From Minisyncoccia bacterium (lineage in GTDB: Bacteria > Patescibacteriota > Minisyncoccia > Phycocordibacterales > UBA9973), in NCBI GenBank assembly GCA_041737125.1, contig JBGSSJ010000013.1, forward strand, positions 6,236 through 70,235: DNA of 64,000 bases, read 5' to 3'. A program made the translations under genes and the position numbers. This document shows positions 46,274-55,798 of the stretch, one piece after another. The notes beneath the pieces are model-generated. The model ran no database searches and was not told the origin of the DNA. It saw only the letters and a program-made list of their open reading frames with translations. Each line of letters begins with the position of its first letter. Positions within the stretch are counted from its first letter, which is position 1.

Positions 46274-47569
46274 TTATAAAGGTAGGTTTGCAGGAGGTTT
46301 TGCAATTTTAGATTCAAGTCTCTTGAAGCTTGGAGTCTCAGACACCATACCTGGGAAGTGGAATATAGTCGCAAGCTCACGAGAAGACATGACGAATAAC
46401 TTAGGTGAACCTGATGGGAAAAAAGCACTTAATATCTTCGGATACTCAACTGAATACTGAAGTGGTGGATGGAACATTACTCTCATTCTATAAAAATCGA
46501 GGCATCGTTTCTTGAGCTTTGTAAGAGCAAGTCCTGTTGGGTCAGACCATGGTGCGTCGAACTGTGTAGAATTGATACGCCATAATTCATTTATATCTGG
46601 CTGAGCATACTGGCGCCATATCAAGCGTGAATTTCTACGAAGATTATTAAATTGCTCATCTGTGCAAAGTCTCTTATCTGATAGCGTGACTACTCTTATA
46701 CCACAATCAAAGTGAATTAAGCTCGCATTTTCAACCATTACTTTAACCTTACTTTTTAGTGGATCCGGCGTACGCATGTCCATACCGAATGGTTCACCTT
46801 TATCATTCTTCTGAATACGGGTATAAGGCATGAGCATCTTTTCAATAAATTCATACGTTGCTTCATAAAAGTTGATATGTTTACCTGTGTGATGACTATG
46901 ATACTCTTTTATATTTTGTCTAATAATTATTTGTATCCAGACCTGCTGACCACGAGGAAGTGAACCTAGGAATTCTATAACTGGTGTTATAGGGTCAATC
47001 TTATACTCTTCCTTCGTACCACTATCCATCTCCTCCATATCTCTATATGTACGAATAGGAAGGAAATCTTCTTTCTTTTTATTATAGTCACAACCCCATA
47101 CATTCCAATCCCCATTCTTCTTATACTGTGGTACGTGAAGAGTATAATCGTCCACTTCTACGACTTTGGCTTGTGGATACTGAGCATATATCTGAGTTTC
47201 TACAAGTTCGCGCATACGAGTGGGAGTACGGATGAAGAAATGCACTTTCCCATCAATTGATGCCATCTCAAGCGAGAACCAGAACCATGGTGCACCTTGT
47301 ATATACACTTCCCAGAAACCTTTAAGAGTTTTTTGATAAAGAGCATTTGAAAGTATGAGCTCCATAGCAGCCGGAGACTTGATAACATCACGTGGGACAT
47401 GGATTTCAAGCAGGGCCCACTTGATTCCTGCAATAAAGCGCTCTTGTCTGTAGTGATGCCACAAACGAAGTGCTGCAATTGATAGAGGAATAGGCATGAG
47501 GTAGCCAATAGCCACGAGTAGCATCTGTATTAAATTAAAATTATGAGTTGCAAAAAATTCTGAAAGCAT
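46274..47569 (-). CDS. Conserved CPR-type membrane-anchored hypothetical protein
   Basis: N-terminal TM; FSLEMAS, QIYAQYP..VDDY, WIQIIIR, ELATIFHFP resemble the domain found ahead of CPR DUF87/TraG-like ATPases; no Walker motif here. Confidence 0.7.
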   Translation of the reverse strand: MLSEFFATHNFNLIQMLLVAIGYLMPIPLSIAALRLWHHYRQERFIAGIKWALLEIHVPRDVIKSPAAMELILSNALYQKTLKGFWEVYIQGAPWFWFSLEMASIDGKVHFFIRTPTRMRELVETQIYAQYPQAKVVEVDDYTLHVPQYKKNGDWNVWGCDYNKKKEDFLPIRTYRDMEEMDSGTKEEYKIDPITPVIEFLGSLPRGQQVWIQIIIRQNIKEYHSHHTGKHINFYEATYEFIEKMLMPYTRIQKNDKGEPFGMDMRTPDPLKSKVKVMVENASLIHFDCGIRVVTLSDKRLCTDEQFNNLRRNSRLIWRQYAQPDINELWRINSTQFDAPWSDPTGLALTKLKKRCLDFYRMRVMFHPPLQYSVEYPKILSAFFPSGSPKLFVMSSRELATIFHFPGMVSETPSFKRLESKIAKPPANLPL

Positions 47570-47583
47570 ACTATAAAATATAA

Positions 47584-47724
47584 TTATTCATAATAAGTGG
47601 TAGTGGTTGTTGTAGTGTTAGTGTTTTGTCTGGTATTAGAGAAAGTTAACATACCGATTACTATCGCTATGATCACAAGACCGACAATAATTAAAATTAT
47701 ATCTACAAATCCACGCTGATACAT
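47584..47724 (-). CDS. 46-aa type IV pilin-like small protein (not in ORF track)
   Basis: MYQRG|FVDIILIIVGLVIIAIVIGMLTFSNTRQNTNTTTTTTTYYE; extended -10 TGaTATAAT 6 nt upstream. Confidence 0.7.
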   Translation of the reverse strand: MYQRGFVDIILIIVGLVIIAIVIGMLTFSNTRQNTNTTTTTTTYYE

Positions 47725-47744
47725 AAAAATATTATATCATAATA

Positions 47745-47772
47745 AAAGAAATCCCCGTAGGGGGATTTCTTT
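47745..47772 (-). terminator. Intrinsic terminator
   Basis: AAAGAAATCCCC-GTAG-GGGGATTTCTTT. Confidence 0.8.
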
Positions 47773-48802
47773 AGACTGCGCTATATAGACTGTTCTTGCC
47801 TTTCTTAAAATATTTTGAATTTTGGAGGTTTACTAAAATAGTATTTTTCTTCAAGTAGCGTTCCTTCATGACTTGCTCTACTATATCTTCCTTGCTCATA
47901 GGACCATTCTTCTTCAGTAATTCGCGGATAACATCTCGAACTACTCCAGACTTGTAACCCCATTCAGATAACGCGTATATTCCACGGCCGACAAGAACGA
48001 AACGATTATCTTTTATTAGTTCATTATGACAAGTCGCAGTGTGGCACTTCTTATCGAAAGTATTTACTATAGCTTTTGCTACTTCACGGAAATGCATAGG
48101 GGAACCATGCTTGCGCATCATAAGGAAAGCATAATCTTTTATCCCACGAGTTTTGATACTAGATGAAGTAGATTTACCCCACTCACCCAGCGGATTCCTA
48201 TTTATCTTCTTTGACATAGAGAGCCACCTCTTTGCTATCTCTTCATGTTTGTATTGTTCAGATAGAGCTTTGACTTCATCAAGGAAGCGAGCAATTAACT
48301 CACTCTCAGGCACTAACTCATCATCTGATAAATTCTCATACAAAGTCTTGAGTGACTTATGAACTTCTTCTGATATATCTCCATCTACACTCCATCGTGT
48401 TTTAAAGTGTTCATCTTCTTTGTGCTTGGTAAAATCGTCACCTAAAGTTAGATATAAGTGTATGTGGTTTTGAGTAAGCTTATCCTTAGATATATGGTTA
48501 AGTAATTCATGCTCAGAAACGACAGCTCCTAATGTATGCATTAACTTCTTGAGTTCTTCGAATACTGCCTTCTCATCTTTGAAAGTTTGTGATTTGCGTA
48601 TAAGACCAAGAGCTGCATTTTCAATCTGACGTACACGCTCACGTGTAATGCCATACTTTTTGCCGATAGCTTCTAGTGTTTTCATCTCTGCATCGTCTGT
48701 AAGACCGAAGCGATTTGTAACTACTTCGTAAGCTCTATCAGGTAGATGCGATAGCATGCGCTTTGTTACTTGTTTTGGTTTAAATGTTATAGGATTAGCC
48801 AT
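47771..48802 (-). CDS. Sigma-70 region 4 domain fused to winged-HTH domains
   Basis: RFGL..KTLEAIGKKYGITRERVRQIE; PMHFREVA..HNELIKDNRFVLVGRGIYALSEWG; no sigma region 2. Confidence 0.8.
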   Translation of the reverse strand: MANPITFKPKQVTKRMLSHLPDRAYEVVTNRFGLTDDAEMKTLEAIGKKYGITRERVRQIENAALGLIRKSQTFKDEKAVFEELKKLMHTLGAVVSEHELLNHISKDKLTQNHIHLYLTLGDDFTKHKEDEHFKTRWSVDGDISEEVHKSLKTLYENLSDDELVPESELIARFLDEVKALSEQYKHEEIAKRWLSMSKKINRNPLGEWGKSTSSSIKTRGIKDYAFLMMRKHGSPMHFREVAKAIVNTFDKKCHTATCHNELIKDNRFVLVGRGIYALSEWGYKSGVVRDVIRELLKKNGPMSKEDIVEQVMKERYLKKNTILVNLQNSKYFKKGKNSLYSAV

Positions 48803-48908
48803 TTGATTTGAAATTTCAATACTTTAATTATTTTAGTAATTTCATAATATCATTACTATCATATAAAGTCAACTATTTACTAATACCCTTACTTTATATA
48901 GATAAATA

Positions 48909-50726
48909 TTACTTATTCTTAGCACTTTTGTTCTTCGAACGCTCTTGCTCCGTGAGGAATTTCTTGCGTAAACGGACATTCTTTGGTGTAATTTCAAGGT
49001 ATTCATCGTCAGCCATTATCTCAAGTGCGCGCTCTATTGAAAGTTTATAAGAAGGCTTCACATTCACTGCTTCATCTGTACCAGATGAACGCATGTTGGA
49101 TAGCTGTTTCCCTTTTGTAGGATTCACTGACATCTCATCACCTTTGGTGACGTTACCCACAACCATACCCTCATATACTTCATCGCCGTGCTCTACATAT
49201 AGTATACCGCGCTCTTGAAGAGTCCAAAGAGAGAAGGCTACTACTTTACCAGCAACCATGGATGTCATAGATCCAACATCACGCTTCTTAATCTCTCCTG
49301 CATAATCTTTGAATCCTACGAAACGTGAAGCAAGTATTCCCTCGCCTTTCGTATCTACTACGAACTGTCCACGGTATCCTAGAAGTCCTCGAGTAGGAAG
49401 CTCTATCAATATGCGAGTAATTCCCTCTTTCTCATGCATAGAAGTTATAAGACCCCTACGAGCTGTAAGCTTTTCTATAACTACACCTGCGAACGCACTT
49501 GGTACATCAATAGTTGCTTCTTCGTATGGTTCGAGCTTTTGACCATTTTCTTCTTTAATAATTACGTGTGGTTGTGAGACTTGTAATTCATATCCTTCGC
49601 GACGCATGTTCTCAAGCAAGACTGCAATGTGTAATTCACCGCGTCCGTAAACCAAATACCCCTCTTGCATTTCTTCTTCATCGGTTCCATCAAAGTTTAT
49701 TTTAAGTCCTACGTTTATTTCTAGCTCCTTCTCTAGCCTTTCTCTTATCTGGCGAGATGTGACGTACTTACCTTCACGTCCAGCAAAAGGAGAATCGTTC
49801 ACCAAGAAGTTAAGTGATATAGTCGGCTCATCGATAGCGATAGATGGTAGTGCCTCTGTATCTGTCTGATCTACAATAGTCTCTCCTATAAATACATCTG
49901 GAATACCTGCGATAATTGCAATATCACCTGTGTGAAGTACAGAAACTTCTTTACGAGTAATACCTTCGAATGTGAACATCTTTGTGATTTTGGTATTACG
50001 AGAATTACCTTTGTCGTCTTTGACTATTATATTTGAGCCTGATTTTATAGATCCAGCATAAGCTCGAGCAATAGCGAGTCTACCTAGGAAGTTATCGTAA
50101 CCCAAGTTGAAAACTTGAGCTTGGAATGGATTCTCTTTATTTGTGGAAGCTTCTTTGACTTCTTGTAGTATTAGATCGAGTAATGGAGTCAGATCTTTTG
50201 ATTCATCTTCTAGGTGAAGCTTAGCTATACCTTGGCGGCCGATAGCATACATAGTCTTGAAATCAATTTGTTCATTCGTAGCACCGAGCTCAATAAATAA
50301 TTCCAGTATTTCATCGTGAACTCGAGCGGGATTAGCAGCCGGCTTGTCTATTTTATTTATTATAACTATTGGTTTAAGTCCAAGCTCAAGTGACTTCTTC
50401 AATACGAAGCGAGTCTGTGGCATCGGACCTTCTTGTGCATCTACAAGTAGAAGTACTGAGTCAATAGCACGAAGAACACGTTCAACTTCGGATCCGAAGT
50501 CAGCGTGGCCTGGTGTATCTACTATATTTATTTTAGTACCTTTGTAATTTACAGAAGTATTCTTGGAATATATAGTAATTCCGCGTTCAAGCTCAAGAGC
50601 ATTCGAATCCATAGTCGCCCCATCTTCGTTCATACCGCATTGCTTCATAAGCTCATCAGTAAGAGTAGTTTTACCATGGTCAACGTGAGCAATAATAGCG
50701 ATATTTCGTATTTCGGTTGGATTCAT
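48909..50726 (-). CDS. typA: Translational GTPase TypA/BipA
   Basis: AHVDHGKTT, ERGITI, DTPGHADF, NKID, GRGELH, EITPKNVRLRK. Confidence 0.97.
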   Translation of the reverse strand: MNPTEIRNIAIIAHVDHGKTTLTDELMKQCGMNEDGATMDSNALELERGITIYSKNTSVNYKGTKINIVDTPGHADFGSEVERVLRAIDSVLLLVDAQEGPMPQTRFVLKKSLELGLKPIVIINKIDKPAANPARVHDEILELFIELGATNEQIDFKTMYAIGRQGIAKLHLEDESKDLTPLLDLILQEVKEASTNKENPFQAQVFNLGYDNFLGRLAIARAYAGSIKSGSNIIVKDDKGNSRNTKITKMFTFEGITRKEVSVLHTGDIAIIAGIPDVFIGETIVDQTDTEALPSIAIDEPTISLNFLVNDSPFAGREGKYVTSRQIRERLEKELEINVGLKINFDGTDEEEMQEGYLVYGRGELHIAVLLENMRREGYELQVSQPHVIIKEENGQKLEPYEEATIDVPSAFAGVVIEKLTARRGLITSMHEKEGITRILIELPTRGLLGYRGQFVVDTKGEGILASRFVGFKDYAGEIKKRDVGSMTSMVAGKVVAFSLWTLQERGILYVEHGDEVYEGMVVGNVTKGDEMSVNPTKGKQLSNMRSSGTDEAVNVKPSYKLSIERALEIMADDEYLEITPKNVRLRKKFLTEQERSKNKSAKNK

Positions 50727-50906
50727 AAAAAAAATATAAATGAGTTAAATTGAGTAAAAAATAAATCGCCTCCTGGCGAAATGTAATTAAAATATAGCAT
50801 ACATTTTATGAAATGTAAACTAAAACCTATATCCCCATATCCTACCTATTTACAATATAGTCTATATGTGTTAATTTTTAGTAAACAAAAAAACAAGGAG
50901 AAAATA

Positions 50907-51245
50907 ATGGAGAGTAATTTTTTTACCGAGGCAATAAAAAACGATTCTAACTCTGTGGTCCATGGATATGTTATTGATATTCTAAATAGCGATTTTTGTA
51001 AAAAAGAAATCGAATCTCTAACAATCTCTTATGATGAAACAAAAAGGTTTACAACCAAACTTAATGTTTATTCAGTAAAAAAGATCAAAGATGGAGTTTG
51101 CGTTGGATTAGTTAGTTTACCTAATGAAGATATTAGTGTAAAAATTTTTATTAGCACTAAAGATGGAAAAACTACTTTCGATGCCTACAGATTGGATGCC
51201 CCCATAGAAATCCAATCGAAAATAACTCAAGCTCATTCTCCTTAA
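50907..51245 (+). CDS. Orphan hypothetical protein
   Basis: ATG at 50907 preceded by AAGGAG (6-nt spacing); terminator overlaps stop. Confidence 0.6.
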   Translation: MESNFFTEAIKNDSNSVVHGYVIDILNSDFCKKEIESLTISYDETKRFTTKLNVYSVKKIKDGVCVGLVSLPNEDISVKIFISTKDGKTTFDAYRLDAPIEIQSKITQAHSP

Positions 51246-51269
51246 GGAAACTTAGGGAAGAATGAGCTT
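51229..51269. terminator. Bidirectional terminator
   Basis: AAGCTCATTCTCCTTAAG-GAAA-CTTAGGGAAGAATGAGCTT then T-run. Confidence 0.75.
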
Positions 51270-51275
51270 TTTTAT

Positions 51276-52370
51276 TTACAACAGCTTTACTATATCGTTA
51301 TAAGTTATGACTACCATGAGAATCATAAGTAGAGAAAATCCTATGATGTTTGCAGTGTTAGCAACTTGAGGTTTGATGCGTGAGCCCTTTATCTTCTCTA
51401 TTAGTAGGAATAATAATCTTCCACCATCGAGTGCTGGGAATGGTATCAAATTTATCACAGCCAAATTTATAGATATAAGAGCAGTGAAGGAGAGAAGGTA
51501 TACGAATCCGAATTCTCGAGCATCACCTACTACGCCGACTATACCAATAGGTCCGGTTACTGCAGACATATCACCCTCTCCTCGAATACCCGAAGCTATG
51601 AGATTATAGAATCCTTCAACTGTTGCAACAACTAGATTCGAAGAGAGCTTCAATCCTTCCCATAGTGCTTTATGGATTGGCAACCTTAGTGTGCCTATTA
51701 TGTCCATACTTATACCAATCATCGGGCTGTTTGTTTCTTTATTTATTTCTGGCACTATTGTCACTTCTTGAGGCTCACTTTCACGAGTGAATGATACTTT
51801 TATCTCTTCTCCAGCATGCTGTCTGATGAAGTATTGAATACTCTCGGGTGATGGAGTCTCTGTAGTGTATGGACCTGTTTTTAATAATGAAATTCTATCC
51901 CCTGTCTTTAGGCCAGCACGCTCTGCGGGAGAATCCTTAACCACACTTGTGACTGTAAGAGCTTGGTTAGATAGAGTGGTGCCTTCTGGTACATTACCAG
52001 ATGAAGCAGGAAGTCCTGACATAAATCCCACAGAGAGTAGTACCCAAGCCACTAAGAAGTTCATAACAACACCAGCAACTAGTACTAGGGCCTGTATATA
52101 TTTCGGTTTGTTCACAAAGCTCCTCTTGCTATCAGGACCATTCATCGACTCTTCATCAGGATTCTCTCCGAAAATTTTCACATAACCACCAAAAGGAAGT
52201 AAATTGAAATTATAAGTAGTCTCCCCTACTTTCTTCCCGAAAAGTTTCGGTGGGAACCCGAAAGAAAATTCATCTACACGTATTCCACTCTTCTTGGCAA
52301 CAATAAAGTGCCCAAATTCATGGGACACGACAAGGACCAATAATATTATTATAAATATAATTATGTTCAT
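51276..52370 (-). CDS. rseP: RIP metalloprotease RseP (M50 + PDZ)
   Basis: HEFGH, GGYV, PDZ SPAERAGLKTGD, GPIGI, NLIPFPALDGG. Confidence 0.95.
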   Translation of the reverse strand: MNIIIFIIILLVLVVSHEFGHFIVAKKSGIRVDEFSFGFPPKLFGKKVGETTYNFNLLPFGGYVKIFGENPDEESMNGPDSKRSFVNKPKYIQALVLVAGVVMNFLVAWVLLSVGFMSGLPASSGNVPEGTTLSNQALTVTSVVKDSPAERAGLKTGDRISLLKTGPYTTETPSPESIQYFIRQHAGEEIKVSFTRESEPQEVTIVPEINKETNSPMIGISMDIIGTLRLPIHKALWEGLKLSSNLVVATVEGFYNLIASGIRGEGDMSAVTGPIGIVGVVGDAREFGFVYLLSFTALISINLAVINLIPFPALDGGRLLFLLIEKIKGSRIKPQVANTANIIGFSLLMILMVVITYNDIVKLL

Positions 52371-52373
52371 ATA

Positions 52374-52907
52374 TTAATTCATCACCTCTATTTCTTTTTT
52401 AGCGAAAATAGCTTCTAGGTTACTGTTTGATTCATCGACAGCTTTCTGTATATCGTCTTTAGCTCTCTTCTCTTCATCTTCTGACATATCAGAGAGTATG
52501 TCCATTTCTTCTTGGCGAGCTTTACGGACACTTATACGTGCATCTTCGAGCTTCTCTTTCAAGATCTTAGCGAGCCTTGTTCTATTCTCTGTAGTAAGCA
52601 TTGGGAATATAACTCGAACACCATCACTATCAGATACTATAGAAAGCCCCAAGTTACTTGCCTGAATTGCGCTCTCTATATCCTTTATCTGATTTTTATC
52701 CCATGGAGCAATGCGAAGAGTCTTCGGATCTTCTATCGTAATACCTGCCACATTCTTGATAGGCATTCTACTACCGTAGCTCTCTACACTAATACTATCG
52801 AGCACCATCGGAGTCGCACGTCCAGTGTGGACTTGTGAGTACTCTTTAGATAACCAATCTTCTACTTTTTTTAATTCTTGTTTAAAATTATTTGTATTGT
52901 AACTCAT
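52374..52907 (-). CDS. frr: Ribosome recycling factor
   Basis: HTGRATP, IAPWDK, FPMLTTENR, ARISVRKAR; start moved to MSYNT. Confidence 0.96.
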   Translation of the reverse strand: MSYNTNNFKQELKKVEDWLSKEYSQVHTGRATPMVLDSISVESYGSRMPIKNVAGITIEDPKTLRIAPWDKNQIKDIESAIQASNLGLSIVSDSDGVRVIFPMLTTENRTRLAKILKEKLEDARISVRKARQEEMDILSDMSEDEEKRAKDDIQKAVDESNSNLEAIFAKKEIEVMN

Positions 52908-52917
52908 ATAAGTATAA

Positions 52918-53616
52918 TTATAGCACAAGTGCTATATGTTCTAAAATCATTTTCACCGAAGCCCCCGGTAGCGACAGATAATCCCGGGCTTTCGCTATCT
53001 CCCCTAAAACAAATTTATTCTCCTCATTATTTACATCTTTTTTGAATTTATTATAAACCATACTTTCCAAACCGTTTACCAGATTTATGGCTTCATAACG
53101 TAGTCCTCCACTGCCTTCTGCATCTTTGTATTTCTCTATCATTTTTGCTACGAGCTCAATTCTGTCTTTAGCTTTATTCTTATAGAAAGTTTCTATATCT
53201 TTTTTTGATATTAAAGTACTTTCACTATCAAGCTTGACCACATGGGAACGCGAGACAATAGTGTCGAGCAAGAATTGAGAATTTGGTACAACTATAAAGA
53301 AGTGTGTATTCTCTTGAGGTTCCTCTAATATCTTGAGCAGAGTTTGCTCAGCATCATGATTAATAAACTTCGCTCCAATGATGCAAATATTTTTATACTC
53401 AGTATTATTCTTCCTACTGTGCCATTCTTTTATCATTCGGCCATCTTCAATATTGAAGCCGTCATAAATCTGACATAGTACTCCACTGTTTACAGATTCA
53501 ATGTCACCTCGCTCTATTAGAAAGTCCCGAATAAGGAAGACAGTATCGCTCGGATCAGCTTCTACTATATAACTATGATATAAATCTTTTGGGAATAAAT
53601 TAGCGAGTATGCTCAT
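52918..53616 (-). CDS. holB: DNA polymerase III delta-prime-like subunit (short)
   Basis: HSYIV, AEQTLLKILEEP, LLDTIVSRS. Confidence 0.75.
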   Translation of the reverse strand: MSILANLFPKDLYHSYIVEADPSDTVFLIRDFLIERGDIESVNSGVLCQIYDGFNIEDGRMIKEWHSRKNNTEYKNICIIGAKFINHDAEQTLLKILEEPQENTHFFIVVPNSQFLLDTIVSRSHVVKLDSESTLISKKDIETFYKNKAKDRIELVAKMIEKYKDAEGSGGLRYEAINLVNGLESMVYNKFKKDVNNEENKFVLGEIAKARDYLSLPGASVKMILEHIALVL

Positions 53617-53620
53617 ATAC

Positions 53621-54694
53621 TTATTCTACTACGATTGGGAAAATATCTGAAAGTTCCCCAGAGTAATAGAATTCATAAGCAATATCACCGAACACATAGT
53701 CGACACCGTTTATAGTAATAGTCGAGCCTCCAGACTTTGGTTCATCTTTAGGTATTGAATAATAGAAGCCTAAGTTATAAAGAGTAGCGAGTACATCAGG
53801 TCGATTACCTATATGATATCCTGCTTTTTGCCATTGCTCTTGTACTTGCCTCATGAACAAACCCACATATAGATATGAATAATAAGGATTTTTTGTATCA
53901 GTAATGCGAGAGAGTCGCGCTTCGTCTGTCCCTACACCACCTACATAGTCAGCTACGTGCTCCATATCAGGCCCGAGATAGAAAGGTGAATTAGGATCTT
54001 TCAAATTATTCTCAATAGTTTGTACTGTTTTAGGCTTGAGTCCAGCAATACCGAAAGATGTATTCGAAAGTGAAGCGAGTATTTTTAGCGGCTCGAAGTA
54101 TCCTTTGAAAGACTCTCTCCTATTACTGAAGAATCTGAACTGCTCACCTATCACACCACCTAGAATTATGCGAGGCGGTATGCCAGCATCCTCTGCTGCC
54201 TTTTTTATAATTTCTTGGTCTCGACTAAAAACTTCCCTCATTAATCTCCATTCATCTGTATCCGCCCAGTGATATGCGGACATAGGTAAATCAATCATTT
54301 CTCCAGTCTTCGTATAACAACCATCAATCTCTTTCATATAATTCTTATCATCTTTGAATCGCACGGATGCAACCTTGATCATGTGTACTAGTACATCCTT
54401 GTTCGTACCGTTTGAAATAGACTTATATATATTAATAGCAGTAAGTGGCGCATATTTACCAAGGACGTTTACCTGGCAGTTTATAGTCAGGTCATTCGTA
54501 GCATTTGCTCTATTAGAAAGGAAGCCTTTTTTGGAATTAAAGAAATACGAATTACGCTCTGAAGCTGAGCCTTTCACATTGAGTAATCCCCACTTCATCG
54601 CAAAGTAAACACCAATGAAGATAACTCCAACGATAGCGAATAAGTAAAGAGCAATATTGTATATCTTTTTAAAATGCAACTTTGTTTTGAACAT
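53621..54694 (-). CDS. Membrane-anchored lysozyme-fold (lytic transglycosylase-like) protein
   Basis: N-terminal TM; IKKAAEDAGIPPRIILGGVIGEQ (putative catalytic Glu), SFGIAGL, LATLYNLG. Confidence 0.6.
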   Translation of the reverse strand: MFKTKLHFKKIYNIALYLFAIVGVIFIGVYFAMKWGLLNVKGSASERNSYFFNSKKGFLSNRANATNDLTINCQVNVLGKYAPLTAINIYKSISNGTNKDVLVHMIKVASVRFKDDKNYMKEIDGCYTKTGEMIDLPMSAYHWADTDEWRLMREVFSRDQEIIKKAAEDAGIPPRIILGGVIGEQFRFFSNRRESFKGYFEPLKILASLSNTSFGIAGLKPKTVQTIENNLKDPNSPFYLGPDMEHVADYVGGVGTDEARLSRITDTKNPYYSYLYVGLFMRQVQEQWQKAGYHIGNRPDVLATLYNLGFYYSIPKDEPKSGGSTITINGVDYVFGDIAYEFYYSGELSDIFPIVVE

Positions 54695-54696
54695 TT

Positions 54697-55710
54697 TTAT
54701 CTTTTAGTAAGAATAGTTTTCTTGTAAGTATCTAGGTGATGCAGTGCCTCGCCTGTGCCTTTGGCAACACATAATAGTGACTCATCTGCGACACGAGCTT
54801 TCACTCCTGTCTTCCGGTAAACTAAATCTGCTAAATTTCTTAGCTGACTTGAACCTCCTGTCATTATTATACCATCATCTATGATATCTGACGCAAGTTC
54901 TGGTGGAGTAAGAGAGAGTACATCTTTGATGGCACTTATCATTGTGCGCAATTCCTTGTCGATCGCGCGTACAACTTCATTCGTAGATATCTGTGCAGTG
55001 CGTGGGAGACCTTGGATAAAGTCGCGACCCTTTATAGTAATAGTAAGTTCTTCTTCAAGTGGTACAGCGGCGCCTATCTTTATCTTTATTGCTTCGGCTG
55101 TTTTGTCCCCGATAGCTAAGTTAAAAGTTTTCTTTATGTAGTCAGCTATAGCTTGGTCGATCTTATCACCGGCGCATTTCACTGAAGTTGAAGCGACTAT
55201 CCCACCAAGTGATATAACTGCTATGTCAGTCGTACCTCCACCTATGTCCATAATCATATGACCTTTCGATTCGTGTATAGGAATACCTGCGCCTATAGCT
55301 GCTAGTATTGGTTCCTTCACAACATAAGCATTCTTCGCTCCAGCGCGTACCGCTGCCTCTACTACTGCACGACGCTCAGTAGATGTAATACCTGCAGGCA
55401 CTGACACCATGACGTCGGGCTTGAATAAGTTGTATTTACCGAGAGCTTTACTTATGAAGTAGCGTAGCATAGCCTCAGTCACACGGTAGTCAGCTATAAC
55501 TCCGTCTTTCATCGGGCGATAGACAATAATACTCTCTGGAGTCTTTCCTATCATTTCTTTGGCTTCTATACCTATAGCCAGTATCGTATTGTCCTGCTCA
55601 GAAACAGCGACAACAGAAGGCTCGTTTAACACGATACCCTTACCTGGTAAGTATACAAGGGTATTTGCTGTCCCTAAATCTATGCCTAATTTTTTAGAAA
55701 ATAATCCCAT
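54697..55710 (-). CDS. mreB: Rod shape-determining actin MreB
   Basis: GIDLGTANT, EPSVVA, RPMKDGVIAD, DIGGGTT, TPPELASD; start moved to MGLFS. Confidence 0.97.
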   Translation of the reverse strand: MGLFSKKLGIDLGTANTLVYLPGKGIVLNEPSVVAVSEQDNTILAIGIEAKEMIGKTPESIIVYRPMKDGVIADYRVTEAMLRYFISKALGKYNLFKPDVMVSVPAGITSTERRAVVEAAVRAGAKNAYVVKEPILAAIGAGIPIHESKGHMIMDIGGGTTDIAVISLGGIVASTSVKCAGDKIDQAIADYIKKTFNLAIGDKTAEAIKIKIGAAVPLEEELTITIKGRDFIQGLPRTAQISTNEVVRAIDKELRTMISAIKDVLSLTPPELASDIIDDGIIMTGGSSQLRNLADLVYRKTGVKARVADESLLCVAKGTGEALHHLDTYKKTILTKR

Positions 55711-55737
55711 ATATGTATAAAATAGTATGGTCATTCT

Positions 55738-55778
55738 AACATAAAACCATCAATTACTAAAATTGATGGTTTTATGTT
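55738..55778 (-). terminator. AT-rich hairpin/terminator
   Basis: AACATAAAACCATCAATT-ACTAA-AATTGATGGTTTTATGTT. Confidence 0.65.
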
Positions 55779-55798
55779 TTGTAATGTTTAAAATATAA

